A stretch of DNA of 63,183 bases, counting the filler, from Octopus bimaculoides (Eukaryota), in the NCBI RefSeq assembly GCF_001194135.2. It is 5 parts of 3 records of this genome, joined end to end, with 100 filler letters (N's around TTAATTAATTAA, not from the genome) between each part and the next. Parts side by side here need not be neighbours in the genome. Positions count along the whole stretch, not along the records: positions 1 to 30,215 come from NC_068982.1; positions 30,316 to 39,678 come from NC_068983.1; 3 more parts are not named here. The stretch is one strand, 5' to 3'. Positions 22,176 through 34,690 of the stretch are shown piece by piece (within the stretch, counting starts at the first letter, position 1; each line of letters opens with the position of its first letter). The notes under the pieces are model-generated. The model saw only the letters and a program-made list of their open reading frames with translations, ran no database searches and was not told the DNA's origin. A program made the translations under genes and the position numbers.

Positions 22176-24827
22176 GTGCATCTGTGTAGGTATATGTACA
22201 TATAATATGTTCCATTATGCTCAATAGTTTGTTCTGCTTTAAACCACACCCATTATGCTACCTTCCCTTCGAGCTTATTGCAATAGACTCAATATCACAA
22301 ATATCTAATGGTTTCGATTCATTTACCTTTCTTAAATTTACATTTCCTCATACCCTTCCTAAATTCAATTGCTGAATGCAATTTTCTGAAATTATAATTC
22401 AGAGTTTTTATTTTGAATTGTATAAATTATGTATAAATTATGAGTTATATTTCTGTAAATGACTTGAAATTGCTACTGATTTGAAACAAATAGATTTTCT
22501 GAAAAATATATAGCAATCGAACTCTAAATGCTTCAGTCTTACACTGTCAAATCGAACTATTTCAGCTTGATGTGATGATATTCCATAGCAAATAAATAAT
22601 AAATTAAGGCAGGGCAAAATTGCAAATATTTACAGAAAATATCTACGATCCGCTTATTGATTATAATTTTTGCAGTAATGTTATCAATTTTGCGCATGTG
22701 AATTTATTTTGGATAAAAAAAAAATAAATAAATAAAGCATATCAAATGGTTTTACATAGATAGAACATTCTGCTTTATCATGTTGGATCAATGTTTTAGT
22801 TTTCGGTATCATGATAGTTTGAAAAAGAACTAATATGTAAATATTAGAAAGTACATAATTGCATCAGATAAAATAACATTGATAGTGAATGTCATTAATT
22901 ACATCAAAAGGAAAATGAAAAACATATAATTATATTTAATATTTTCTACTAATCATCTTCCTCTATTTGCACGACCAACAAATATATGTTGTCAGCATAT
23001 CTTATTACAATGGCGGAATTGTTAAAATGTTTATATATATATATATATATTGAAACTGAATTATTCAGAAATTGAATAAAAGAAACATTGTGCATTTATT
23101 ATACTCATTTGTATAATTAGCGCATTTTCGTATACGCAAACAACATACTTAGTGGTGGGAGGAACTTCCGTTGAGGCATGTATGTATCCATTCACTTTCG
23201 TGGGTAGAGCAAAACGCTGGTGATATCAAATAAGACCCAGAAATAAGAGGCCTTGTGAATTAGAAAGAACCCCAATATTTTAGCGATAAATACACGCTAT
23301 GGAATCTTATGATAAATTTCGGGAAGAAATGTCAATGTTATTTTCTATTTATTATAAACCACGCTAACATTTCAGACCATTTTTCAGATTTTACAGAATA
23401 CTGAAGTGAAGGAAGTGAGTCAGGGGAAGAAAAAAAAAGAACAAAAGATCTAAGGCTGCTTTAATGTTTGATCCTTGAGTGGCAATCTTAAATCGGTGCC
23501 AAAATGGCTTTTATCTGATTTCTACTCGCTCAATAGTAATATCTTAAAAAATTTCTCAATGGAGAGATATTTAAAGAATGAACATTAACGGCTTGTTGAA
23601 TGGTTTATCGATTCCCCAATCAATATGTCTAACTACTTGAGATAATCAAGGTTAGAGTGAAGAAGTACTGGATATTGATGTATACATCAATTTGCAAATA
23701 GGTATTCATGTAAAAGAGTAAAATTGTTTCTTCTTTCTTCAACTTCCTTTCACTACCACACAGATTATATGAAAGAAATATTAATATTTATGGCGTTATT
23801 TCTTAAAAGGAATGAGGGATCAATGTTATAATATAAATTCGTATATATTCATGTGTATATGTATGTGCGTATACATACACAATTGCAGGTATATATTTAT
23901 ACTAGTATGACTATTTCGGTGTCTGACTATTCAGATATATCAGTCTATTTTGAGTCGTTACTTTACGAATGGTATAATTCCCTATGGCCTTATTTAGAAC
24001 AAAGCTTCTGATGTTATATTACATACTAATTCCTCAGGATTTGAAACAAACGAAAGCATAAATGTAATAAACTCTGCTATTCGTAAATTATGATTTCACG
24101 CTAATGTCATGTGGTATATAATTTGTGCCTAAGTTGGTATTTTAAAATAATGGAGTCGAGAAGAAAATGAAACTTCAAAACATCTATTATCTTCGATCTC
24201 AAATTTCTCTTCTTTTATTTGAGACTTATGTAGTCTATCAGTTTATACGTATAGATTTAAAATGAATTTATTTATAAAACATACTAATATATTTCGCTTA
24301 TGTAGTGAATGATGCAGATCAAACATCGGGAAGACAAACAAAGTATTGAAACTAGGTAATTAATCATTCGTTTCGACAAAGGGTGTTTATACATTTCAAT
24401 ATCAAGGCGATTCGAAGCTTCCTATGTTTGAATGATAAAACATTAAGATAATAGAAGTATGTATCCTCATGCGCTTTATTATATACTTGAATGATGAATT
24501 TTGTAACTGTTTAGGATTTATTGCAGTTTCCTTTAAAAGATTAAACACGAAAATGGAACGGTATATTCAAGAAATCTGCCTGCAAAACAAATTCTCTTGG
24601 CTCATAAAATTTAAAAAACTGAATCAAATATGAATGTGCGGGGAAGCGATCATGGATCATATGCAAAAACGAGGAAAGTAAATCTGAATGCATAAATCGC
24701 TCAAAGCAACATGTGGGACACGTTTGCATATATATATATATATATATATATANNNNNNNNNNNNNNNNNNNNNNNNNNNNNNNNNNNNNNNNNNNNNNNN
24801 NNNNNNNNNNNNNNNNNNNNNNNNNNN

Positions 24828-24871
<44 letters not shown>

Positions 24872-27223
24872 GTGTGTGTGTGTGTGTATGTGTGTGTGTG
24901 TGTGTATTATTTACCAAACATTATCCGATTCGAAACCGGAGTATTCTCACAGAAGTTTGTATTTATAAATTTGTAGTGACGTGAAGAAAAGGGTAAGTTT
25001 ACGAATAGAAACTAAAAAACAAAACACTTTGAAACAATTATTAATGTTTCCTTTTGATTGCAGAGGTACAGAGGTATAAATGTATGCGATGTAATAAAAA
25101 TTCCTAAAGATATGGGATAACTGCAGGAAAATAAAAGGAAGTATTTTTACTTAAACACAAAGTTATTTTTTTTAAATTAATGTTCGAAAAGGGAATGGAT
25201 GTACTTACAATGAAAATATATATCCAAATTATCTATCACTGACAATCGATAGTCACATTCTGATAAATACAAAATATCTTAAATTTGTCACTCATCTCTA
25301 ATGCAAATCATCATACAAAGAAATCAATTCATTGAAGAAATAATACATGTAAGGCACAATTCAACGCGTAAATGCGACATTATTCATCCATTTTCTCGAC
25401 ACTTGCGTTTACCTTTTAGAACAAAAATTTGGTAAAACATTGCTAAATTCCCCACTTTTTCCTTTTTTCACTCCCTATGTTTACCTGTCGCCAAACCTCC
25501 CTTCTAGTTACCTGATATTATTCTCACCTACTGGTATTTTTCAAGTTATTCTAGGCCTGTATTTTTGCTTTTACAGCTGTATGTCTCTTTCTTCTACTAC
25601 AATGTCTCCTTCCATACATATATATTTAATACACAGACACAATATAAACAAAGGCAAGAGAGAAAAGGAAAGAAAACATGGCTTAGAGAAATAGTATAGA
25701 AGCCCAAAATGCTAGCAGCACTTAATTTAAAATGAGGGGCCACAGGGTCCGTAGGTAAAAGTGTGAGCTCACCCTTTTACCTTCTTCCATTTGTTTATAT
25801 TCTATGCTCTTGTATTTTCACTCTGATGAAGATCCGTTGCCTTAATTCGAATGCCTTATGAAGATGAAGAACTTTATTCTCGCATTTATTTATTGACTGC
25901 GTTTTGGTAACAGATCAGTAACGGCCGTAAGATATGTTACGTTACCAATTTTCTTATGTCATGCTCTGTATTAAAAAAAATAAGCTATAAATGTGATTCA
26001 ATCGATGTGTTTGTTGATCTGTGGTTGTCTCCATTTTATAAGCATTTGCATTGGTTCCTGATAAACTCTTGTTTATCCTGTTGTAATCTGCACTCTACGT
26101 GCACGGTGTGCCTGCACACTAACACCCGGAGATAATACAGGTAACGGATGCCGATAGTATATATATTTTATCACTTAGTCGGTTACTATAAGCGCTAACT
26201 CTGTTTACACTATATATATATATATATATNNNNNNNNNNNNNNNNNNNNNNNNNNNNNNNNNNNNNNNNNNNNNNNNNNNNNNNNNNNNNNNNNNNNNNN
26301 NNNNNNNNNNNNNNNNNNNNNNNNNNNNNNNNNNNNNNNNNNNNNNNNNNNNNNNNNNNNNNNNNNNNNNNNNNNNNNNNNNNNNNNNNNNNNNNNNNNN
26401 NNNNNNNNNNNNNNNNNNNNNNNNNNNNNNNNNNNNNNNNNNNNNNNNNNNNNNNNNNNNNNNNNNNNNNNNNNNNNNNNNNNNNNNNNNNNNNNNNNNN
26501 NNNNNNNNNNNNNNNNNNNNNNNNNNNNNNNNNNNNNNNNNNNNNNNNNNNNNNNNNNNNNNNNNNNNNNNNNNNNNNNNNNNNNNNNNNNNNNNNNNNN
26601 NNNNNNNNNNNNNNNNNNNNNNNNNNNNNNNNNNNNNNNNNNNNNNNNNNNNNNNNNNNNNNNNNNNNNNNNNNNNNNNNNNNNNNNNNNNNNNNNNNNN
26701 NNNNNNNNNNNNNNNNNNNNNNNNNNNNNNNNNNNNNNNNNNNNNNNNNNNNNNNNNNNNNNNNNNNNNNNNNNNNNNNNNNNNNNNNNNNNNNNNNNNN
26801 NNNNNNNNNNNNNNNNNNNNNNNNNNNNNNNNNNNNNNNNNNNNNNNNNNNNNNNNNNNNNNNNNNNNNNNNNNNNNNNNNNNNNNNNNNNNNNNNNNNN
26901 NNNNNNNNNNNNNNNNNNNNNNNNNNNNNNNNNNNNNNNNNNNNNNNNNNNNNNNNNNNNNNNNNNNNNNNNNNNNNNNNNNNNNNNNNNNNNNNNNNNN
27001 NNNNNNNNNNNNNNNNNNNNNNNNNNNNNNNNNNNNNNNNNNNNNNNNNNNNNNNNNNNNNNNNNNNNNNNNNNNNNNNNNNNNNNNNNNNNNNNNNNNN
27101 NNNNNNNNNNNNNNNNNNNNNNNNNNNNNNNNNNNNNNNNNNNNNNNNNNNNNNNNNNNNNNNNNNNNNNNNNNNNNNNNNNNNNNNNNNNNNNNNNNNN
27201 NNNNNNNNNNNNNNNNNNNNNNN

Positions 27224-27261
<38 letters not shown>

Positions 27262-27610
27262 CTGCGTGAATGTATAAGCCTGAAGGTACTGATAAGATGT
27301 TAAGGGTAGGCCATTATTATTAGACTTATATTGTTGCTACATATGTATTCCTGTCGCAACCATGCTAATATTTAATTTTTTTTTAGAACTTCATCGTAGT
27401 AATTTATTTTTGTTGCTAGTGTCGTGTACAACAACAGGCCATATGCCAAACAACAGAATACATTAAAAAAAAAAGGAGTTGAAATATCACATATCATGTA
27501 AACTGTAATAAATATTTTCTGAAATATATACGACTGTTTTAAGTCACACACACATTTACATAGCAACATATGTATATAAATATATATATGTACACATAAT
27601 GTATGTATAT

Positions 27611-27651
<41 letters not shown>

Positions 27652-29238
27652 TATGCATTTATATATATATACGTATATATATACATATATACACATACCT
27701 ATACAAACATACACACACACACATCTATATCTATATATCTATCTATCTATCTATCTATCTCTCTCTCTATATATATATATATACACGCGCACACACAGAA
27801 ACAGAAGTATGTATCCATATCTACATGTATGTCCACATATATATGCATACATATATACAATTTTATAGGTATCTTTTTTATATGTGCTTGTATGTGCGTA
27901 TGTTTGCATTTGTTTGTATTTGAGTTTGAATGCTATTTGTGTGGCCTTCTATGAATTTTTAGAATAGGAAAACACGTATTATTTCTTTCTGAATACGTTG
28001 CACCTGTAACTACCAATATAATTCAAAGCAATGTCAGTAAATATTATACTTTTGAAATAATATTTGTTTAGCCATCTGGCATCTTTCTAGCTTTCGTATT
28101 AATAGCAAGAAAAAAAAATCTTTATTTTCAATGAAAATGCTACATATTTTCTCCCTCAAATTGCATTTTCGATTACAATTTTGCTTTCTTTTTTATATTC
28201 AGAAAAGTTAATTCGATTTATTTTAGAATTCCTTATAAACGTTGTTTGTTGCGGCATTTATCTTATAAGTGCTTCCGAAATCATAACGTATTCATGTTAT
28301 CTCATTCTAATACACATTACAAATATATAAAAGGAAGAAAAAAAACAAACAATATCAGTGTAGTTTAGCTATGAATGATTGTGCAGTTTGTCTAGTTGCT
28401 TTAACACTTTACAAATACATTCTGATAATTTTTTGTTGACTTGTGTAGTCGAGGCTGTTCTCAATTTTGTTTCGCCTCAGACTTTACGAAAGGAATCTTG
28501 ATTTGAGGTTTGTCTCGTTGTTGTCTTTACTTCCCATCACAAATAGATTTATCAATGATTTAAAGAGGAAATATGAATGTTCCTTTCAATTCAGATAATA
28601 AATTTTATTTTTCTGGTAAAATGCATTGCAATTTTGAAACAGTTATAGGATAATGCCGTGTAGAAACCTATATTGAAAGCAGCAAAATAGTGTCATTTAC
28701 AATGATTTAATGCAATTAATTTTTAGTTGAGACCTCTAACGAAATTCCAGTTTTTAAAAAATGAAAGTAAGCACCATACCGACAAAAATGGGAATAGTGT
28801 AAATTATTTCGTTCCTTTTTAATTTACAAACCATTCCAACTTCATTCCCAACTTCGATTGTTATTCAACCACCAAACTGTAAAGAATATAACATAATATT
28901 TAATATTTTCGGAATATATATAAAATCTTGCTTAGTTAAAGGTAGGCTTCGGCAAAATTTGATAAAGCTGTTAAAATATATGAGTGAGAGACTTTGCTAT
29001 TTCTCGTAAAGCAGATAAAATTTGTCACTCTGTCTTCAAATTATTTCCAAATGCATGAAATCAGGTGAATTCACTTAATAACAGTGTTCTTTCAGAGTCG
29101 AATACCATACTGGAATAATCGAATAATCTTTTAATTACATTGTGTCTACGTTTAGACAATGATGTAGCTATTTGTTACAGTATTCTTCGATGCAGAAGTT
29201 ACGTATGGAAACAATATCATTTGGACATTTACTGTTTT

Positions 29239-29457
29239 TACGAGGGTATGCTGAATATTCCTAGTTGTAAGGGTATTGTGAAAGGCATGATTGGGATCCA
29301 ACCTTCTGACTTAGCTTACAGGGCTTAGAAAGACTAAAGGACTGTTGCAATAACTGTGTGAATCTGAGAGGGGAATATGTTGAATAAAATCATAATTAAC
29401 TGATCTTCTGTATTTTCTGTTAATCCCAAGCCAGGAACTTTTCGCCATCCTTTCGTA
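29239..29457 (+). mobile_element. Mariner-derived MITE (about 220 bp)
   Basis: Diverged TIRs TACGAGGGTATGCTGAATATTCCTAG / TACGAAAGGATGGCGAAAAGTTCCTGG; the interior retains the transposase stop region (CVNLRGEYVE*). Confidence 0.7.
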
Positions 29458-29889
29458 TATCATGATTCTGGGAATATATTTCAGGGATTCTTCATATGTT
29501 AACCTCAGATAAATCAACTCAGATTGAAACATATTGCATCCGAATCCTTTTCAGAAACATTAAGCATCATTAAAGCGTGAATTAAAGAGGAACATTTCCA
29601 TCAAAATTTCTAATCAGCTATGTCATCAATATTATAAAAAATAATATATCATTTCAACATTGCTTACAAGTTTTCATGTTTACGTAGATTTAGTTACATA
29701 GCTATTGGCAATTAAAATAATTGATACTACTGAAGCAGAGCGGACCCGACGCGTGCACCCACACTAGTCAGTGGACGGACCGACGCACGCACACGCGCAA
29801 GTCAGTAGCATTCGCGATGAAAGAAAAAAAAGCCCTCCACACGTATATAGATGTGTAAAGTGTAAATCGGGAGGTGCAGATTTGTTTCT

Positions 29890-29904
29890 ATATCTATCTG
29901 TCTG

Positions 29905-29949
<45 letters not shown>

Positions 29950-29950
29950 A

Positions 29951-29982
<32 letters not shown>
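29890..29982. repeat. (CTAT)n microsatellite
   Basis: Direct reading. Confidence 0.95.
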
Positions 29983-30259
29983 ATCTTGGACGGACGGTAG
30001 ACACATCGGCTCCCATGTAAGTTGCATTTTTCACCTCTTAAAAGACCTATTTTGTTTTAAAATTTTTGTATAAGTTGTGTATAACACAAAATACTTCGTG
30101 AACATATATTTTTCAAATCGGAAATAGCTCTATTTAGAGCCTTATTTCCAAAAATTCAAACATATCTTCCTCGTTCCTAGCCATATTCTTTAAAACGAAT
30201 ATGGCTAAGGTTTTCNNNNNNNNNNNNNNNNNNNNNNNNNNNNNNNNNNNNNNNNNNNN

Positions 30260-30271
30260 TTAATTAATTAA
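30260..30271. other. Assembly linker TTAATTAATTAA inside an N-gap (also 39723-39734, 48116-48127, 59800-59811)
   Basis: An identical 12-mer is embedded between N runs four times and puts stop codons in all six frames. Confidence 0.9.
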
Positions 30272-30315
30272 NNNNNNNNNNNNNNNNNNNNNNNNNNNNN
30301 NNNNNNNNNNNNNNN

Positions 30316-30597
30316 GTCGATCTAATCGACTGGTCCCCTCCCCCAAAATTTTGGGCCTTGTGCCTAGAGTAGAAAAGTATTGTTGTTAAAGGTGGCGAGC
30401 TGACAGAAATGTTAGCACGCCGGGTGAAATGCTTAGCGGTGTTTCGTCTGTGTTTACGTTTTGAGTCCAAATTCCGCTGAGGTCGACTTTGCCTTTCATC
30501 CTTTTGGGATCGATAAATTAAGTACCAGTTACGCACTGGGGTCGATCTAATCGACTGACTCCCTCCCCCAAAATTTCGGGCCTTGAGCCTAGAGTAA
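30316..30597 (+). mobile_element. Tandem family B SINE copies (one partial, one full)
   Basis: GTCGATCTAATCGACTGGTCCCCTCCCCCAAAATTT.GGGCCTTG.GCCTAGAGTA occurs twice, with a full head at about 30390. Confidence 0.85.
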
Positions 30598-31145
30598 AAA
30601 AAAAAAAAATTGCATGCTGCCATCTACAAAGTATCTGATTTCAATCACTTTGCATAGCTTCTTTGTCCTAGATGATTGTATCTGATTTGATACGTTTGTA
30701 TTCTATTGAAATCTTGTCAGGGACATAATACCAGTATTCTTTATTCTTTATTGCTTTTTTTGTCTTTTATTTGTCTCAATCATTAGACTGCTGTCATGTT
30801 GGGGCAAAGCCATGAAGAACTTTTAGTTCGAATGAATCGACTCTTGTACTTAATCTTTGTTAAGCCTGTGTTTATTCTATCGGTGTCTTTTACCGAACCC
30901 ATTTTACCGAACCGATTGGCGGCAGGAGGCAAACACAGACACAAAGATACACACACACACACACAATCATACGACTAGTTTCTTTCGGTTTCGTTCTAAC
31001 AAATCAATTTACAAGTCCTGAGGCTATAGAACTGTTTCTTCACCTATTTTCGCCCAGGTCCCACTGTGACTTTCCAGAAAAACGTATACCCCACCGGTGG
31101 TTGGAAAAAAAAAAAACAACAAAAACACATTTCTACTTTTAATAA

Positions 31146-31395
31146 CTTGTGGAGGCGCGTGGCTTAGTGCGTCAGCATCATGATCGTTAGATTGTGGTTT
31201 CGATTCTTGGATCGGGCGACGCGTTGTGTTCTTGAGCAAAAACACTTCATTTCACGTTGCTCCAGTCCACTCAGCTGGTAAAAAATGAGTAACGCTGTGA
31301 TGGACTGGCGTCCCGTTCAGCTGGAGAACACATACGCTATTGAAACCGGGAAACCGGGCCTATGAGCCTGGCCAGGCTTCAAAAGGGCGCATTTA
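31146..31395 (+). mobile_element. tRNA-derived SINE, family C (Meta/V-domain-like)
   Basis: GGAGGCGCGTGGCTTAGTG head, GGTTTCGATTC B-box-like motif, TTCTTGAGCAAAAACACTTCATTTCACGTTGCTCCAGTCCACTCAGCTG and GATGGACTGGCGTCCCGT motifs, TTTA tail. Confidence 0.7.
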
Positions 31396-31433
31396 TTTAT
31401 TATTTTTTAATAACTTATCAAAATTATTTAATA

Positions 31434-31473
<40 letters not shown>

Positions 31474-31544
31474 ACCGGTAACTCTATAAAGTAGTGAGTG
31501 AAATAAAAAGAAACTACATTATTGTCTAAGTAAAAAAAAAAAAA

Positions 31545-31667
31545 AAAAGGTTTTCCCAATTCCATGTCCCACTACAAAAAGAGAGAAAAATATTTGGATC
31601 TCACAACCCCAGCACAATTTTCCAAGGCCCCACCGGTGGGGCGTATGCCCCACGTTGGGAATCACTG
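31545..31667. mobile_element. hAT-like MITE remnant
   Basis: Right end GTTGGGAATCACTG (reverse complement CAGTGATTCCCAAC, hAT/Charlie-type TIR); decayed left end GGTTTTCCCAA. Confidence 0.5.
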
Positions 31668-31964
31668 CTATAGAAGACGACGCTTTCCCAATATGTGCCA
31701 CCGGGAGCCATATGGCTGGTACGTAAACTTCTTACCACATAGCCACGCTTATTATACGTGATTATGTCCTCCACGTCATTGTAGCTTCTTACGTTAGTCA
31801 TTTCAGGATTGTCTCTCGTGCAGCTTCTCGAGATTAGTACCAAAGCAGTGACTCGCGTAGCCAAGAACTCTAATAAATTATTAGCAGAAATCTAAAACTA
31901 TCACCCGGATGTAACAACAGATGATTTCTTATCAGTTCAGTATACACGTATGTTTCATTTTTCA

Positions 31965-32125
31965 CTAATCTAGGCAGAAAGAACTTTGCTTCTCAAAGCA
32001 TATGGTTCCGGGTTTAGTTCCACTGCTTGGAACCTTGGGCAAATGTCTTCTCTGTTGTACCGGGCCTACCAAAGCATTTTGAGTATATTTGGTTGACGGA
32101 AACTGAAAGAAGCCCGCTTTATATA
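31965..32125 (+). mobile_element. SINE family A 5' half
   Basis: CATATGGTTCCGGGTTTAGTTCCACTGC..CCTTGGGCAAATGTCTTCT..GACGGAAACTGAAAGAAGCCCG. Confidence 0.8.
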
Positions 32126-32315
32126 CACGCGCGCGCGCATATATACGCACAAACACACATGCGACCATACATGCATACATACATGCATGCATACATACAT
32201 ACATGCATACATACANNNNNNNNNNNNNNNNNNNNNNNNNNNNNNNNNNNNNNNNNNNNNNNNNNNNNNNNNNNNNNNNNNNNNNNNNNNNNNNNNNNNN
32301 NNNNNNNNNNNNNNN

Positions 32316-32830
32316 GCCTAGTACTTATTGTATCGGTCTCTTTTGCCGAACCGCTAAGTTATGGGACATAAACACACCAGCATCGATTGTCAAGCCCGCA
32401 GTGGGACTGAACCCGGGACCATGTGGTTGGTAAGCAAGCTACTTACCACACAGCTACTCCTACGCCTACATATATATTTTTTAATTCTTTTACTTGTTTC
32501 AATCATTTGACTGCGGCCATGCTGGGAGCACCGCCTTTAGTCGAACAAATCGACCCCAGGACTTGTTCTTTATAAACCTAGTACTTATTCCATCGGTCTT
32601 TTATGCCGAACCGCTATATTACGGAGACACAAACACAACAACATCGGTTGTCAAGCGATGGTGGAGGAACAAACACAGACGTACACACGCACACATACAC
32701 CCCCCCAACACACATATACGACAGGCTTCTTTCAGTTTCCGTCGCTTTGGTCGGGCCGAGGCTATAGTAGAAGACACTTGTCCAAGGTGCCACGCAGTGG
32801 GACCGAATCCGGAACCATGTGGACACACAA
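32316..32830 (-). mobile_element. Two nested or partial family A SINE copies
   Basis: Reverse complements of the family A head, body and tail (TTTTACTTGTTTCAATCATTTGACTGCGGCCATGCTGGGAGCACCGCC). Confidence 0.8.
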
Positions 32831-32964
32831 ACACGTACACANNNNNNNNNNNNNNNNNNNNNNNNNNNNNNNNNNNNNNNNNNNNNNNNNNNNNNNNNNN
32901 NCACACACACACTCACACACACACACACACGCACACACACACACACGCATATATAAAATGTAAT

Positions 32965-33745
32965 ACCATTTCCGACAAACATTTCAGACTGTAGCAGAGA
33001 AACATGGTGTTTGCTAAGCTCCAGTTGATTTCAAACGTCCGTTCGTCCATCCATCTGGATATACATGCGTGTGTAACGTGTAGTTGTCGCAAAGTTCCAG
33101 AAAGTTGCAGAAAGTGTACGGAGTGGGGTGTATGAGCCGCACACAAGTGTACGAGTGGTTCAGACGTTTCTAAGATGGCCGGAAAAAATGTCGATATTGA
33201 CGAACGTTCTGGAAGACTCAAACAGCAGAACTAAGAAAACCGTTCCAGATGTGCGTGCAGCTGCGAGGGGAAATCGTCAAATCACCATCTGTGAGTTATC
33301 AGAAGCTGTACAGATTAGTTACCGTCCACTTCAGTTCATTATCACTGAAGATTTAGGTACAAGACGCGTGTCTGCTAAGTTTGTGCTAAAACTGCTTTCA
33401 GCTGACCAAAAAGACACTCGGGTTTCAGTTGCACAAGATTTCCTTGATTGTATCGAGAATGATGAAACCATTTTGAAAACTTTGCGTAGGCCTCGGAGCA
33501 GGTATCGCCAAGCTTTTGGCAAAATTTGATGCAAATTCTCTGCTCAACCTTCTCTGCCATATCCAATGCAACGATCACACGCTACACACGTTCCTTCCAG
33601 GCACTGCTGTAAACAACGACAGTGAGATAGTGCATTAAAAGTTAGTGCGCATGCACGGCAGAGATTAAGGTCAATCTGTTCCAAGGGGCTTCACTCTGCA
33701 TGCTTTAGCTTCGTTACTATAGCAACAGTCTGGATACTTATTGAT
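32965..33745 (-). mobile_element. Non-autonomous mariner with inverted internal segment (33088-33486)
   Basis: The minus strand gives the 5' end and MAEKVEQRICIKFCQKLGDTCSEAYAK. The continuation LQKVYG..MSRTQVYEWFRRF..RRVSAKFVLKLLSADQKDTRV..LKT is on the plus strand. The mariner 3' end is again on the minus strand. Confidence 0.8.
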
Positions 33746-33799
33746 CAGACCATGTATGTATGTATGTATGTATGTATGTATGTTACATTCCTCCATGGC

Positions 33800-34017
33800 A
33801 AGATTTAATTTGTGTATACAAATTTAATTTGCGGTCCATGGGAAGAGCCGTTTTAACGATGCGTCCTGCCCAGCTCTTCGAAACGCCGGTGTTAAAACGG
33901 GGGTAGCTGATGAAGTAGAATGTTCTCTATGTGGCTTGTGTGTTTTCTCGCCTACGTTTTGTTTGCAATGTCCTGTACCCAGATATGCACCTATACATAC
34001 AGGTGGATGTCGGTATG
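33800..34017 (+). repeat. Unclassified repeat with hammerhead-like half motifs
   Basis: GAAGAGC/GCTCTTC stem followed by GAAAC, a CCGTTTTAAC/GTTAAAACGG inverted pair, and CTGATGA at 33907. Confidence 0.35.
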
Positions 34018-34469
34018 CACATACCTGTATGTATATANNNNNNNNNNNNNNNNNNNNNNNNNNNNNNNNNNNNNNNNNNNNNNNNNNNNNNNNNNNNNNN
34101 NNNNNNNNNNNNNNNNNNNNNNNNNNNNNNNNNNNNNNNNNNNNNNNNNNNNNNNNNNNNNNNNNNNNNNNNNNNNNNNNNNNNNNNNNNNNNNNNNNNN
34201 NNNNNNNNNNNNNNNNNNNNNNNNNNNNNNNNNNNNNNNNNNNNNNNNNNNNNNNNNNNNNNNNNNNNNNNNNNNNNNNNNNNNNNNNNNNNNNNNNNNN
34301 NNNNNNNNNNNNNNNNNNNNNNNNNNNNNNNNNNNNNNNNNNNNNNNNNNNNNNNNNNNNNNNNNNNNNNNNNNNNNNNNNNNNNNNNNNNNNNNNNNNN
34401 NNNNNNNNNNNNNNNNNNNNNNNNNNNNNNNNNNNNNNTATATATATATATGTATGTATATATATGTCT

Positions 34470-34690
34470 GTGTGTGTGTGTGTATGTATTTGTGTGTCTG
34501 TGTTTGTTCCCCCACCATCGCTTGACAACCGATGTTGGTGTGTTTATGCCCGCGTAACTTAGTGGTTCGACAAAACAAACCGATAGAATAAGTACTAGGC
34601 TTACAAAGAATAAGTCCTGGTGTCGATTTGTTAGACTAAAGGTGGTGCTCCAGCATAGCCGCATCAAATGACTGAAACATGCAAAAGAAT
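34470..34690 (+). mobile_element. SINE family A 3' half
   Basis: GTGTCTGTGTTTGTTCCCCCACCATCGCTTGACAACCGATG...GGTGGTGCTCCAGCATAGCCGCATCAAATGACTGAAAC. Confidence 0.85.

Noticed and set aside
25820-25860. CTGATGAAGATC...TTCGAAT possible hammerhead relic
   Set aside because: GAAA and the stems are too degraded to support a call.
30260-30271. TTAATTAATTAA repeated four times
   Set aside because: Always embedded in N runs; an assembly linker, not biology.
31601-31864. 87-aa minus-strand ORF with plausible composition
   Set aside because: Overlaps a hAT-like MITE end, starts at a non-ATG codon, has no recognisable family and no convincing splice sites.
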